Shown here in pieces: positions 63,825 through 64,000 of a stretch of DNA of 64,000 nucleotides (positions are counted from its first letter, which is position 1; each line of letters starts with the position of its first letter). Origin of the DNA: Nitrosomonas communis. Its GTDB lineage: Bacteria > Pseudomonadota > Gammaproteobacteria > Burkholderiales > Nitrosomonadaceae. The stretch spans positions 4,041-68,040 of the forward strand of contig NZ_JAGFJM010000009.1 in NCBI RefSeq assembly GCF_024102715.1, read 5' to 3'. The notes beneath the pieces are model-generated. The model ran no database searches. It was not told the DNA's origin and saw only the letters and a list, made by a program, of their open reading frames with translations. The position numbers were made by a program, and so were the translations under genes.

Positions 63825-64000
63825 TTCTCTGGAGAATGGGGTTTAATCGCAGCAGCCTGTCTATGTTTGCTTGATACAATCGGCAATATTTTCATCGACC
63901 CCCTGCTGATCAGACACTGATGAGATTTATGATCAATTCAATACCGAGGCAGGATTAAAATCACGATTAATGGATAAACGCATTATGAAACTAAAATTTA

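Noticed and set aside
63970-64000. Possible start of the next gene (MDKRIMKLKF)
   Set aside because: Only 10 codons before the window edge; cannot be identified.

Overview
A chromosomal stretch of a betaproteobacterium. Gene content, synteny and moderate GC suggest a Nitrosomonas-like ammonia oxidiser; this is inference, not a database hit. Housekeeping blocks: metE; hemA-prfA-prmC-grxD; rnb-tonB-aroE-mtgA-mgtE; maf/yceD-rpmF-plsX-fabHDG-acpP-fabF-mltG; hda-HAD; AI-2E/purM-purN-rsmB-like. Accessory modules between them: (1) a czcCBA heavy-metal RND pump led by a His-rich, Pro-tailed CzcI/DUF2946-like ORF; (2) an 871-aa GT2-GtrA-ArnT/PMT triple-fusion glycosyltransferase; (3) a ZIP transporter preceded by a perfect 14-1-14 palindrome; (4) an acyl-ACP-dependent sphingolipid operon (FAAL-reductase-ACP-SPT); (5) an orphan hydrogenase maturation protease; (6) a Hsp20/BCAM0308/PRTase/hydrolase plus AmmeMemoRadiSam block that splits the AI-2E-hda pair; (7) a tight four-gene run of LuxI/FeeM-like acyltransferase, half-size periplasmic binding protein, outer-membrane barrel and sensor-PAS-GGDEF-EAL protein; (8) the PEP-CTERM/exosortase A regulators prsK-prsR with the associated acyl-CoA ligase and PLP decarboxylase. 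I found no rRNA, tRNA, CRISPR array, transposase or integrase. The best candidates for undescribed biology are module 7 (a possible signal-synthase-to-c-di-GMP circuit), the CzcI-like leader, and the fusion glycosyltransferase beside the sphingolipid operon. All family assignments come from motif recognition by eye; no searches were run.
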